In this document: one piece after another, positions 42,931-51,740 of the stretch | Numbering within the stretch: the first letter of the stretch is position 1 | How the letters are laid out: each line of letters starts with the position of its first letter | IMG/VR virus record: IMGVR_UViG_3300036793_000038 | Coordinates: 1-58,843 of that record | From: a virus | Lineage: Duplodnaviria > Caudoviricetes | Direction: 5' to 3' (one strand) | DNA length: 58,843 nucleotides | Program-made: the position numbers and the translations under genes | The notes under the pieces: model-generated | Told to the model about the DNA's origin: nothing | The model's database searches: none | What the model saw: only the letters and a program-made list of their open reading frames with translations

Positions 42931-43359
42931 TCAGGCGGTCGGCGCCTCGTCGCCCGTCGGCTGGGCAGGCACCTGCGACGCGGGCGCCTGGTCCGGGGTG
43001 GACGGCGTCTGCGCGGCAGTCGTCTCGGCCGGGTTGGCCGGGACGGTCGCCGCGTTCTGCGGGTTGTCGACCGTCTGCGCGGCGGCAGGCTGGCCCGCCG
43101 GGGTGCCGGTCGGCACGCCGTTGGGCGGGTTCTCTGCCAGATCCTTCACGTCGCCCGCGACAGTGCTGGCGTCAGTCTTGGCGTCCGCCTCGGCCTCGGC
43201 CACCAGCTCCGTCACCTGCTCCTTGCCCTGCTCGACCAGCTTGGAGACGTCCGCCTTGGCGGCGTCGATGGTGTCCTGTGCGACGTGCGTGCCCAGCACG
43301 CCGTGGAGGTCACCCTCCAGCCCGTCGAAGAATGCCTTGACCTTGTCCACGATGGACAT
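42931..43359 (-). CDS. Hypothetical protein with Pro/Ala/Thr-rich tail
   Basis: 142 aa ORF. Confidence 0.65.
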   Translation of the reverse strand: MSIVDKVKAFFDGLEGDLHGVLGTHVAQDTIDAAKADVSKLVEQGKEQVTELVAEAEADAKTDASTVAGDVKDLAENPPNGVPTGTPAGQPAAAQTVDNPQNAATVPANPAETTAAQTPSTPDQAPASQVPAQPTGDEAPTA

Positions 43360-43403
43360 TTGCTGTGCTCGCTTTCCCTTGTGTGGTGGGTCCGGATGGA
43401 CCC

Positions 43404-44474
43404 TCAGACCACCGTGGTTGGTGTTCCGAGGTTCTTCATGGACATGCGGAACGGGTAGTCCACCTCGGCATAGAACGTGCCGGTAGCGCCCTTCACGATG
43501 ATCGCCACCGTGACGTTGCCGCCCTCCAGGTCACCCGACTCCACGATGAACTCGGGTGGCGCCGGGTGGTACTTGTACTCGCTGCTGTTCGGGTACCAGC
43601 CCGGATCGCCCTCGACCGGTGGCGTACCCAGCATGTTCGACAGCACGCGCTCGATCGCGCCGTTGACGATGATGCCCAGGTCCAGGTGTGTCGTGGAATC
43701 CAGGGCGTGGAACATCGTGTTCGCGTTGACCGAGATCAGGTTGCCGGCGATCGCGGGTAGCGTCCGGCTGAACAGGCTCGTGCCGTCCGACTGCAACAAC
43801 GGCGCCCAGGTGCTCGCGCTGGACGGGGTGACCGACCCGGACGTGAACACGTCGGCCGTGAACGCCTGCACGGCCGCGCCACCCCCGCCGCCACCGACGG
43901 CCGCGTACGCCAGCCCGGTGTCCGAAGCGGAGTCGACCACCAGGGCGTTGCCGTCCGTGCCGCCGACCGGCTGCCGGACGACCGTACCGGCGCCGGTCGC
44001 GACGATCAGGTCACCCTTGGCGGTGACGGTGCTCGCCGGGATGCCGCCACCGGTCGCGGGGAGCTGGTTGGGCGGCATCACGCCGTCCGCGTCCAGCGGG
44101 CCGCCGGGGCCGCCCGGCTGGCCTACCGAGGTCTTCACCACGAATTCAGCCCACGGCGAACCCTGCGGGGGCGAGCGGAACGCTGTCGACAGGTCCAGCG
44201 TCGGGCCGTCCGGGGTGACCGCGTACGGCGCCGGGTTGTCCGCGCCGTCGACCTGCTCGGTGATCTTCCACTGCGTAGCGCCCGGAATGTAGGTGAGGCT
44301 GGCTATCCCGGTGCCGTTCGCGTCCAACGTCACCGGGACGTCCGTCACCGGGACCATCACGCCGGTACCCAGCGCCTCGTACGTCGGCGTCACCAGGTAG
44401 CGACCGGCCGCCTTGGTGCCGTCCGTCTCGGGCCACGTACCGGTGACCGTGCACTGCGCAGTGGGCTGGCTCAT
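43404..44474 (-). CDS. Minor tail / fibre-like structural protein
   Basis: VTGTW..DG, VTLDANG, W.ITE N-terminus; TAKGDLIVATG repeat; Gly-rich linker. Confidence 0.65.
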   Translation of the reverse strand: MSQPTAQCTVTGTWPETDGTKAAGRYLVTPTYEALGTGVMVPVTDVPVTLDANGTGIASLTYIPGATQWKITEQVDGADNPAPYAVTPDGPTLDLSTAFRSPPQGSPWAEFVVKTSVGQPGGPGGPLDADGVMPPNQLPATGGGIPASTVTAKGDLIVATGAGTVVRQPVGGTDGNALVVDSASDTGLAYAAVGGGGGGAAVQAFTADVFTSGSVTPSSASTWAPLLQSDGTSLFSRTLPAIAGNLISVNANTMFHALDSTTHLDLGIIVNGAIERVLSNMLGTPPVEGDPGWYPNSSEYKYHPAPPEFIVESGDLEGGNVTVAIIVKGATGTFYAEVDYPFRMSMKNLGTPTTVV

Positions 44475-45400
44475 GCGGCCGGGACGATCGTGACCGTCAG
44501 CTTGCCGCCGGACGCCTTGGCGAGATCGGTGGCGATCTGCTGGCCCAGTGCGGTCAGGTCGACGTTCGGGGCAGTGATCTGGCCGATGGCGACGGTCAGC
44601 GCGGCGAGGCTGGATACCTGAGTGGTGTCCAGCTTCAGGTCGCTGGCCGCAGCAGCTGCCGCGTTGTCCAGGGCCTGGTGCATGTCCGCGACGTCACCTG
44701 CCGCCGTGTTCTTGTACGACCACACGATCTGACCCAGGTTCGACTTGAACCACGCCTGGTCCTCGGCCGTCAGGGTGAGCGCCACGATTCCTCCATCAGG
44801 TGTGCGGGGCAGCGGGATCTTGACGATGTCCTGATCGTCCGCACTGCCACCGACCAGGATCGTAGTGTTGTTGTTCTGCCAGATGTTGACGTACGCGGGC
44901 TGGCTGGACTGCGACCCGGCACCGAAGTAGAAGTCAGCGATACCGGCCGCGTGATACGCCTCCAGCACCTCCGGGAACCCGTAACCGCCAATCGGCCCCG
45001 TCCACCCGGCCGCCTTCAGGGTCGCCCGGAATCCGGCCTGGTATGCCACGGCGGTCGCGATCGCCACAGCCGTCAGGTGTTCGTCCACAGCCGCCAAGGC
45101 CGGCTCAGTGAAGGCGATGCGCTTGGCCCGGCAGTCGGCCAAGAACTCGTTCGCATGGTTCACGCCCGACGCCCGGCCGCCGATGATGTCGGTGGTGGTG
45201 TGCTCATAGCACAGCAACGTCCACAGCCCGTGGGCCTTGAAGTCGGCGTACTGCGCGGCCGTGACGTCCTTCGTGCTGCTCGGCGTGCCGCAGTACAGCA
45301 GGCCGCCGATCAGCTTGTCGGCGAGCAGCGTGGCGGCGTCCGGGTGGTTGATGCCGTCGAACAGCACGTCACCCTTGGTCATCGCTAGCTGTGCGACCAC
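44471..45400 (-). CDS. Endolysin (DUF1906/GH25-like glycoside hydrolase)
   Basis: LLYCG..S.KDVT, YE......G...G...A, AVD, IGGYG, WQ...D.D; C-terminal VWSYKN domain. Confidence 0.75.
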   Translation of the reverse strand: MVAQLAMTKGDVLFDGINHPDAATLLADKLIGGLLYCGTPSSTKDVTAAQYADFKAHGLWTLLCYEHTTTDIIGGRASGVNHANEFLADCRAKRIAFTEPALAAVDEHLTAVAIATAVAYQAGFRATLKAAGWTGPIGGYGFPEVLEAYHAAGIADFYFGAGSQSSQPAYVNIWQNNNTTILVGGSADDQDIVKIPLPRTPDGGIVALTLTAEDQAWFKSNLGQIVWSYKNTAAGDVADMHQALDNAAAAAASDLKLDTTQVSSLAALTVAIGQITAPNVDLTALGQQIATDLAKASGGKLTVTIVPAA

Positions 45401-45734
45401 TGCCTGTCTCCTCGGTTCGGGACATCAGTTCGGCGGCCAGTTCGGCCGTGCCGTCCAGGCGAGCCTGACACAAGGGCAACGTACGGTGACCGTCGATCGC
45501 GTGACTGTCTGGGCAGCTCTCGCCCGGTTCGACGTCGTGCTCCTCGCAGTACGAGGCGAGAGCGACCCGGCTGGAGTGCACGCCGTTGATGAACGAGTAG
45601 CCGCCTCGTCCGCGCGAGGGTCGCTGGCAACGCTGGCCGGGCGCCGTCCGGCAGCCGGGACAGGGCTGCCGGACGGCGCACCGACGAACGGCGCTCCATC
45701 CCTGCTGTTCGTAAACGGCGTCCAGGCCGTTCAC
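45369..45734 (-). CDS. Zinc-ribbon protein
   Basis: CPGC.TAPGQRC...H..R plus second C..H...PGE.C unit. Confidence 0.65.
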   Translation of the reverse strand: MNGLDAVYEQQGWSAVRRCAVRQPCPGCRTAPGQRCQRPSRGRGGYSFINGVHSSRVALASYCEEHDVEPGESCPDSHAIDGHRTLPLCQARLDGTAELAAELMSRTEETGSGRTASDDQG

Positions 45735-46465
45735 AGCAGATACTCCTGCGGCGTGGCGGGCCGGTGCTCATTGCGCTTGATCACCAGCAGCTCAGAACCC
45801 TCCGTGATCCGCCGGAACAGTCGCGCCTCATACCGCTCGCGGATCTCGCGGGGTGCCAGGTTGGACGTGAAGATGGTCGGCAGCCTGTGCCCCATCCGGT
45901 AGTCCATCACGGCCCGCAGGCGCTCCTCGGCGAACTCGGTCAGACGCTCCGCGCCCAGGTCGTCGGCGAGCAGGACCGGCGCAACCTTGAACTGGCCCTC
46001 GTCCATCGCGCCGTCGCCGTTCGGCTTCATCGTCTCGATCATTGCGGCCACGGACGTGACCAGGACCGGAACGAAGTCGTCGGCCAGAAGCTGGCGGGCG
46101 ATGGCGTTGGCTTCCCAGGTCTTGCCGGCACCGGTTGGACCCGCGATAACCAGGTTTCCAGGCGGCATTGGAGCGCCCTCGCCCGGAGCACGGGACGCCC
46201 GGTAGCGCTCCAGCCAGGACTGACTGACCGCATGACGGGGTACGGCGTTGCGGTACAGCGGGTCCATTCGCTTGAGCATGATGGAGGCGCGCTGGGCACG
46301 CTGCTCCGCCAGGATCTTCTCGTTCTCGATCTCGGACCAGTTGTCGGGCAGGGCAGCGGCGCGCTCGGCGATACGCCGGGCGCGTTCCGCGTCGAATCCA
46401 GCGGCAGCCTGCATCCTGTCCATCACCTCTTGGGCGCGGATGCTCAGGCGGTTGCTGTCAGCCAT
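45731..46465 (-). CDS. DnaC/IstB-like AAA+ helicase loader
   Basis: GPTGAGKT, LLADDLGAE, R....LPTIFTSNL; start likely ATG 46465 (six nt after TATGCT) or 46513. Confidence 0.88.
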   Translation of the reverse strand: MADSNRLSIRAQEVMDRMQAAAGFDAERARRIAERAAALPDNWSEIENEKILAEQRAQRASIMLKRMDPLYRNAVPRHAVSQSWLERYRASRAPGEGAPMPPGNLVIAGPTGAGKTWEANAIARQLLADDFVPVLVTSVAAMIETMKPNGDGAMDEGQFKVAPVLLADDLGAERLTEFAEERLRAVMDYRMGHRLPTIFTSNLAPREIRERYEARLFRRITEGSELLVIKRNEHRPATPQEYLL

Positions 46466-46470
46466 GCTCC

Positions 46471-46499
46471 AAGCATACCCCGCATCGGGGTGATTGATA
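46471..46499 (-). promoter_or_regulatory. Box promoter variant
   Basis: CACCCCGATGCGGGG-TATGCT-N6-ATG. Confidence 0.55.
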
Positions 46500-46509
46500 C
46501 CTACGGTGG

Positions 46510-47442
46510 TCATAGCGTGCCCTCGGTTGCTCTCGCGTGGGGAAACTCGGCCCACTTCTCGTCCTCGTCCACGGCTCGGTGGTATTGACCTGCACCGTTG
46601 GGCAGGCTGAAGTCGTCCTCCCATCTGCGTCCGGTCAGCCAGTTGACCGCCTGTGCGATCTTCTGGTCGGTCGCTCGTACGTACTTGGCGTAGCGGGCCG
46701 CTGCGTCGATGATCGCCTGCGGGGACGCCCGGCGTATCGCGGTACTCCAGGCGTCCAGGGCGTCCTTCTTGCGCTCCTTGCGCGGGTACGCGGACCAGAA
46801 CGCATCGAACTGATCGTCAGCCCTGGCGTGACCGAGGCTGGCCCTCGCCGTTCGCTCCATCATCGTCGGGGGCGCCGGGATTGCAAGGTCCAAGACGGCC
46901 GCCTCGCCGACAAGGTCGGCGTTGTGTGACCTTGGTTCTCTTTGATTTTCCTTAGAGGAATTGGTGTCCTTATGTACCGGCGAATCCCCGGTTTGGGTTT
47001 GCCCGGTTTGGGTTTCATCGGCCTGGGCTCGATCCCCAACCCGGTTTTTTCCGGTTAGGGTTTCGCGTTCCGATTCCGTGAACGCAACGTCCGAGATCAG
47101 CAACTCTGTGCCGACCCGGTGCCCCCGCTCATTGCGGACCTCGTTGCGGATCAGGAATCCCAACCGCTCCAGCTCGCGCAGCGAGTCGCCCACGGTGTCC
47201 TCGTGATAGCCGAGCACTTTGCCGATCGAGTGGTTGGTCATCTCGAACGATGCCGAATGGGACAGCAGGTAACAGCCCACGTGGAAGGTGGTCGCCGTGC
47301 GGTAGCTGCGACGGATGAACTCGTCTCGCACCTGCGTGTAGTTCTGGGGCCGGTTGTACCGGCGCACCCTAATCGCCACTGGTATGCTCTCCTCGTCACG
47401 AGCTGGTATGGGCGAGAGCCTGGCGGGGCGTCGGTCAGTCAC
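46510..47442 (-). CDS. Replication initiator (N-terminal wHTH, C-terminal YPRK domain)
   Basis: YLLSH, L.ELE..GFL.R, FDAFWSAYPRK..K..A..AW, WL...RWED; adjacent to helicase loader. Confidence 0.85.
   Translation of the reverse strand: MTDRRPARLSPIPARDEESIPVAIRVRRYNRPQNYTQVRDEFIRRSYRTATTFHVGCYLLSHSASFEMTNHSIGKVLGYHEDTVGDSLRELERLGFLIRNEVRNERGHRVGTELLISDVAFTESERETLTGKNRVGDRAQADETQTGQTQTGDSPVHKDTNSSKENQREPRSHNADLVGEAAVLDLAIPAPPTMMERTARASLGHARADDQFDAFWSAYPRKERKKDALDAWSTAIRRASPQAIIDAAARYAKYVRATDQKIAQAVNWLTGRRWEDDFSLPNGAGQYHRAVDEDEKWAEFPHARATEGTL
46931..47064. repeat. Iteron-like repeats and AT-rich tract, candidate origin
   Basis: CCGGTTTGGGTTT at 46988 and 47003, CCGGTTTTTT at 47041, CCGGTTAGGGTTT at 47051; AT-rich 46931-46975. 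Confidence 0.6.
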
Positions 47443-47480
47443 AACCGGCGCCCCGCTCTCGCGTCTACGGACATTCTCCC

Positions 47481-47795
47481 CTACGCGGGGTCCGCGAACA
47501 GCGAGGGGTCACCCTGCGTGTCCGGTGCGACCAGCACACCCGGCGGTATCTCGGGCGCGACCACCCTGCGCCACTCCTCGGGCAGCGGCCCGACCCGGTC
47601 CAGGATCTCGTCCAGCTCGCCCTTCACGCCCGCGAGCGTGCGCGACAGGGCCGATTCTGACCGGTCCACGTCCAGGTTGGCGAGCGCCTGTCGCGCACGC
47701 AGCGCGGCCCGGCCGATCCGGTCAAGCCGGTCGGCCGCCTGCTGGTATTCGGCCTCTTGCTCGTCCAGCGTGGGGGTCAGCGCGAACGCCCTCAT
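47481..47795 (-). CDS. Hypothetical protein
   Basis: Start ATG 47795, ATGA overlap. Confidence 0.55.
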   Translation of the reverse strand: MRAFALTPTLDEQEAEYQQAADRLDRIGRAALRARQALANLDVDRSESALSRTLAGVKGELDEILDRVGPLPEEWRRVVAPEIPPGVLVAPDTQGDPSLFADPA

Positions 47796-48337
47796 GACGG
47801 GCCGATCTGTCCGGCCAGCCGGTGCGGGCTGTGCCCGGTCAGCGCGGCGGCAGCCTGGAGCTTGTTCGCCTCGATGCCGGCGGCGTGCTGCTGGTTCACC
47901 TGCACGCTGATCGCCATGGCGTGGTCGCACGGCCAGACGGCACCGCAGCCGCCACACACCGCCTCGCGCCCGTGTGCCGCAGCGTCAGCCATGATGCGCT
48001 TGAAGTGGTTGACGCCATCCGGGGTGACGTTGATCGGCCGCTGCCCGGTGTCGACCTCGACCTGGCCCGGCACGTTGAACGTCACCGAGCCGTCCGGCTG
48101 CTCCACGCCGTTGTCGACCGCCTCGACCCACGGCTTGGGCTGGTTGGGCTGCCGACCCTCGACCATGGCCCGCACGTCGGCGTTGGTCCACGGCAGGGCG
48201 CCGGGCACCGGGTCCGGGATGGACGTCTCGTACGGCTCGCCCGTCTCGTGGTTGAGGTACCGGCCGTCGGCGTGCCGGGCCGCCGCGTCGTCAGGGCCGG
48301 GCGGTGCGACCTCGGTCGGCACCTGTGCTTCGCTCAT
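47792..48337 (-). CDS. Hypothetical protein with CxxC..WPC motif
   Basis: 181 aa. Confidence 0.6.
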   Translation of the reverse strand: MSEAQVPTEVAPPGPDDAAARHADGRYLNHETGEPYETSIPDPVPGALPWTNADVRAMVEGRQPNQPKPWVEAVDNGVEQPDGSVTFNVPGQVEVDTGQRPINVTPDGVNHFKRIMADAAAHGREAVCGGCGAVWPCDHAMAISVQVNQQHAAGIEANKLQAAAALTGHSPHRLAGQIGPS

Positions 48338-49020
48338 CGCTTGTCCCTCTCCATCGTGACGCCCTTCAGCTTGCGTCGCTCGTCAATGGCACCACGAACC
48401 TGTGCCGACAGGCCATCCTTGCCGTCCCGCGCAAGCTGGCTGATCAGCTTGCGGACGTCGGTCACCCTCGGCTTGTACTGCGCCAGGCCGGTCGCGTCGG
48501 TCATGGCCTGAATCAGCAGCTCGGCCATCCACCCTTCGTAGCTCTCCAGGTATGCCTCGTCACTCTCGCCGGGCTGCTGCTCCGGTTCGGTGCCGCGCGT
48601 GTCCTGAATGATCATGGCGGCGAGCGAGGCGAACAGCGTGCCCAGGTCGAACTCGCGTTCGGTCTTGACCTCTGCCCGGATCTTGATGTCGCCGTCCGCG
48701 TCCGGGATCTTCAGCGTGGTCTCGTTCGGCACGCCGTCCTGCTCGCCGACGGCCAGCAGCAGCACGTCCTCGCTGTACTGCCGCACGGTCGCGGCACCCG
48801 AGGCGAACGCCCGTGCGTAGTCGTCCAGCCGTTCGGCCGTGGACTGCATCCACCGTGCCGTCGGATACAGGTCTTCCCGCTGTCCGGTCTGCGGCCGTTC
48901 CCGCTCCAACCGGGCGATCGTGGCGTTGACGCCGTCCCGCAGGGCCTGTGCCAGCTCGTGGTGCGTCGGGAACCGGTGGGTGATCGTCTCCAGTTCGGCG
49001 GGCAGCTCGGGCTCAGTCAT
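48334..49020 (-). CDS. Hypothetical protein
   Basis: 228 aa, coupled. Confidence 0.65.
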   Translation of the reverse strand: MTEPELPAELETITHRFPTHHELAQALRDGVNATIARLERERPQTGQREDLYPTARWMQSTAERLDDYARAFASGAATVRQYSEDVLLLAVGEQDGVPNETTLKIPDADGDIKIRAEVKTEREFDLGTLFASLAAMIIQDTRGTEPEQQPGESDEAYLESYEGWMAELLIQAMTDATGLAQYKPRVTDVRKLISQLARDGKDGLSAQVRGAIDERRKLKGVTMERDKR

Positions 49021-49273
49021 GGCCGACCACGACCCGGATCGCCTCGGCCAGCGCCCTGCCGTTCGTCGGCGTGACGATCGAGCGCTCCAGGTTGCCCGCC
49101 ATCTCCAACATCATGTGCCGGCGCAACGTCGGCTCGGCGGCCGTCAGGATCGCCGTGGACAGCCGCATCGCCTCGTGCTCGCTGATCATGACAGCCGACG
49201 CCTGGCTGGCCGCCGCTGCGCCCCGCTTGATCGCCTCGGTCAACAGCGGGTGTGGTTCCTTGCTCTCGGTCAT
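49013..49273 (-). CDS. Hypothetical protein
   Basis: 86 aa. Confidence 0.55.
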   Translation of the reverse strand: MTESKEPHPLLTEAIKRGAAAASQASAVMISEHEAMRLSTAILTAAEPTLRRHMMLEMAGNLERSIVTPTNGRALAEAIRVVVGHD

Positions 49274-49515
49274 CTCTTGCCTCTCGGTGCGTCAGACAGC
49301 CGCTCGCGGGCCGCGTGCAGCGCCTCGGTGAACTCGTCGGTACGGATCACCAGCCGCACGGTTGCGCTGCCGACGCCCCGTCGCTTGCGGTTGTCCCGGC
49401 GACGGAACCAGGCGGCCACGGCCAGCGCGGCGAGGAATACCACCAGGTAGCCCAGCAGTGCCCACGCCACGACGGACCCGTCAATGCGCGACGGGTCCGT
49501 CAGGTCCAAGGTCAT
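49270..49515 (-). CDS. Membrane protein
   Basis: 81 aa, one TM. Confidence 0.55.
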   Translation of the reverse strand: MTLDLTDPSRIDGSVVAWALLGYLVVFLAALAVAAWFRRRDNRKRRGVGSATVRLVIRTDEFTEALHAARERLSDAPRGKR

Positions 49516-49736
49516 ACGTCAGCCCTCTCTTGTACGTAGTCGGTCAGGGTTTCGTAGTAGCCGAACAAGGTCTGGTAGGTGCACTCGGACACGGCGATGT
49601 CCGGGTCACGGTCGCAGTGCGACAGCAGCGTGCCGACCGCCCGCAGCTCGTCGGCCGGGTCAGCGGATCGGCTGTCCAGTACGGCGTTGGCGCAGTACTG
49701 GCCCAGCAGTCGGGCCGACTCCTGGTCGGGGCTCAC
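49512..49736 (-). CDS. Hypothetical protein
   Basis: 74 aa, coupled. Confidence 0.55.
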   Translation of the reverse strand: MSPDQESARLLGQYCANAVLDSRSADPADELRAVGTLLSHCDRDPDIAVSECTYQTLFGYYETLTDYVQERADV

Positions 49737-49987
49737 CGGTCACCGGCCGCGTCGTACATGGCGTCCGGGTCGCACCAGTTTTCCGGGTCGTGCGGGTCGT
49801 AGTCGGCTGGCTCGCCGTTGGCGAACCCCTCGGCCATCTCCGCGTCACACTCGGCGCAATCGGCCCCGACCATCGGCACGCCGTGGTCGCACTCGTCGGC
49901 CTGCTGCGGCAGTGCCGTCAGGTCGGCCACCAGGCTGGGGTCGACGCCGTACTTGATCGCCTCTCGGGCGTCCATCTCGGTGATCAT
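49733..49987 (-). CDS. Acidic Cys-containing protein
   Basis: 84 aa CDHG....C..C; ATG seven nt after -10. Confidence 0.6.
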   Translation of the reverse strand: MITEMDAREAIKYGVDPSLVADLTALPQQADECDHGVPMVGADCAECDAEMAEGFANGEPADYDPHDPENWCDPDAMYDAAGDR

Positions 49988-49993
49988 GTCACC

Positions 49994-50023
49994 TACTCTA
50001 CACCCCGGTTCGGGGTGTGTCTA
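49994..50023 (-). promoter_or_regulatory. Box promoter
   Basis: TAGACA-CACCCCGAACCGGGGTG-TAGAGT-N7-ATG. Confidence 0.85.
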
Positions 50024-50044
50024 GCGATTGGTCGGTACGACAGA

Positions 50045-50079
50045 ACCCCCGGCCGAAACTCACCCGAGCGGCCGGGGGT
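50045..50079 (-). terminator. Hairpin downstream of ssb
   Basis: ACCCCCGGCCG...CGGCCGGGGGT. Confidence 0.6.
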
Positions 50080-50102
50080 CCTGTGCGTGACCAGCGTAGT
50101 GG

Positions 50103-50525
50103 CTAGAACGGCGGTGCGTCGTCCGACCCGGCCCACGCGCCCGCCGACTGGTCACTGGCCTCGCGCTGCAACCGCACCACCTTCGCGGTCGCCCACCGCA
50201 GCTCCGGGCCGACGGCGCTCACCTGCATCTCCAGCGACTTGCCCTTGCCGCCGTCCTTCAGGTCGAACTCGCGCATCCGCAGTCGGCCCTGCACAATCAC
50301 CCGCGACCCCTGCACCAGGGACTCCGTCACGTTCTCGGCCATCTGGTCCCACGCGGTGCAGCGGTACCAGGTGGTGCCGTCGTCCTCCCATCCGCCGCTC
50401 TGCGACTTCTTGCGGCTGGACACCGCGACCGAGAAGGACGCAACCGCCTTACCGCCCGGCGTGAAGCGCAATTCAGGATCGCGCCCCAATGAGCCCACGA
50501 TGGTGATTTCCGGTTCGCCTGCCAT
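50103..50525 (-). CDS. ssb: Single-stranded DNA-binding protein
   Basis: DPELRFTP.G.AVA.F.VA, AENV.ESL..G.RVIVQGRL, C-terminal DDAPPF. Confidence 0.97.
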   Translation of the reverse strand: MAGEPEITIVGSLGRDPELRFTPGGKAVASFSVAVSSRKKSQSGGWEDDGTTWYRCTAWDQMAENVTESLVQGSRVIVQGRLRMREFDLKDGGKGKSLEMQVSAVGPELRWATAKVVRLQREASDQSAGAWAGSDDAPPF

Positions 50526-50541
50526 TACCTCTGGCCTTTCT

Positions 50542-51528
50542 TCACAGGGTGAGCGCCAATTCCCAGAGGCGCCACGTTTGGTCGATGGTGAAATGCCTAC
50601 GCGCGTAGTCGCGGGCCGCCTTGCCCATCTCCACGCGCAGTCCCTCGTCCTGCACGAGCTGCTGAATCCGCCAGGCCATCTCGTCCGGCCCGCTGACCAG
50701 GAACCCGGTCACGCCGTGATACACGACATCCCGATAGGCGGGGCAGTTCTGTGCCACGACCGGAATGCCCAGCGCGGCCATCTCCATTGCCTTGATGCCC
50801 GACTTGCTGTCGTTGAACACGTGCTGCGCCAACGGGATCGCGCAGATGTCGAAATCGATCTGTGACAGATACGAGTCCACGCCGGACACCCACGGCGTGT
50901 GCCGCAGCAGCGCGTCGGCGGGCTTGTGCTCCAGCCACCAGTCCGCCTGCCCACCGATCACGTGCACTTCGGTGTCGTGCCACCACCACGCGCCGTACTC
51001 CGCGATGTCACCGACGTGCGTATCGGACCCGGCCCAGCCGACCACCACCTGATCACGGCGCGGCCGGTCGTGCTCCAGCAGCCACGTCGGCACGGCGTTG
51101 GGGATGACGTACACGTTGTCATTCCACTGTCGCATCAGGTCGGCAAGCGGCTGAGTCGACACCGTGACCCGGTCGGCCAGGGCGATGCCCGTCATGATCG
51201 TCTCGCGGACGTCGGCCTGCTGGTACTTCTCGTACGCTGGTGACCAGTCCGGGACGCTGAGCAGGTCATCGTCCAGGTCCGCCACCAGCTTCGGGCCGAA
51301 CCCGGACGTGCGCCGGGACGCCCACGCCGACCAGTACAGCCGCACCTGCGGGTCCGCGATCCGCTGGCCGTACAGTACGTCCGCCATCTGCACGTCCGCC
51401 TCCTGGATGCGGTGCCGCCATGCGACGTCCACGCCCTCGTCGCGCAGCCGGGCCAGCGGCACCTGCACCCGGTAGTAGGCGCACCCGTCCGTGAGCGGGT
51501 CGGCAGCTGGCCAACCGAACAGCCTCAC
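50542..51528 (-). CDS. GT-B fold glycosyltransferase (GT4-like)
   Basis: GC.YYR..P, DLDDDL, AD.VTVST..L, VIPN, GWAGS.TH, FN.SKS.IK..E..A.GIPVVA, GVTGFL. Confidence 0.9.
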   Translation of the reverse strand: MRLFGWPAADPLTDGCAYYRVQVPLARLRDEGVDVAWRHRIQEADVQMADVLYGQRIADPQVRLYWSAWASRRTSGFGPKLVADLDDDLLSVPDWSPAYEKYQQADVRETIMTGIALADRVTVSTQPLADLMRQWNDNVYVIPNAVPTWLLEHDRPRRDQVVVGWAGSDTHVGDIAEYGAWWWHDTEVHVIGGQADWWLEHKPADALLRHTPWVSGVDSYLSQIDFDICAIPLAQHVFNDSKSGIKAMEMAALGIPVVAQNCPAYRDVVYHGVTGFLVSGPDEMAWRIQQLVQDEGLRVEMGKAARDYARRHFTIDQTWRLWELALTL

Positions 51529-51740
51529 AGGGAACCCTCCGGCATCAGGAACAGCGCCGCGAGGTGCTGACGATCCCGCAGAGGCATGGGCGGTTCGGTA
51601 GCGAGGGCGTCTCGTATTTGCTGCTCAAGGCGTGCAGTGCGAAACTCCTGCCGTCTACCCTCGACATCTCGATTGAGCCGGATCGCGGTAGCAAGGTTCG
51701 CCCTGGCCTTGGCCACCTTGGGGTCTACGGGTCGGGCCAT
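51525..51740 (-). CDS. Small helical protein (phiRv1-type prophage protein-like)
   Basis: 71 aa; RLEQQI...LA..PP....R..LAAL pattern. Confidence 0.55.
   Translation of the reverse strand: MARPVDPKVAKARANLATAIRLNRDVEGRRQEFRTARLEQQIRDALATEPPMPLRDRQHLAALFLMPEGSL

Noticed and set aside
47465-47495. CTCCCCTACGCGGGGTC as another box promoter before the initiator
   Set aside because: Weak palindrome and no convincingly placed TANNNT; not counted.
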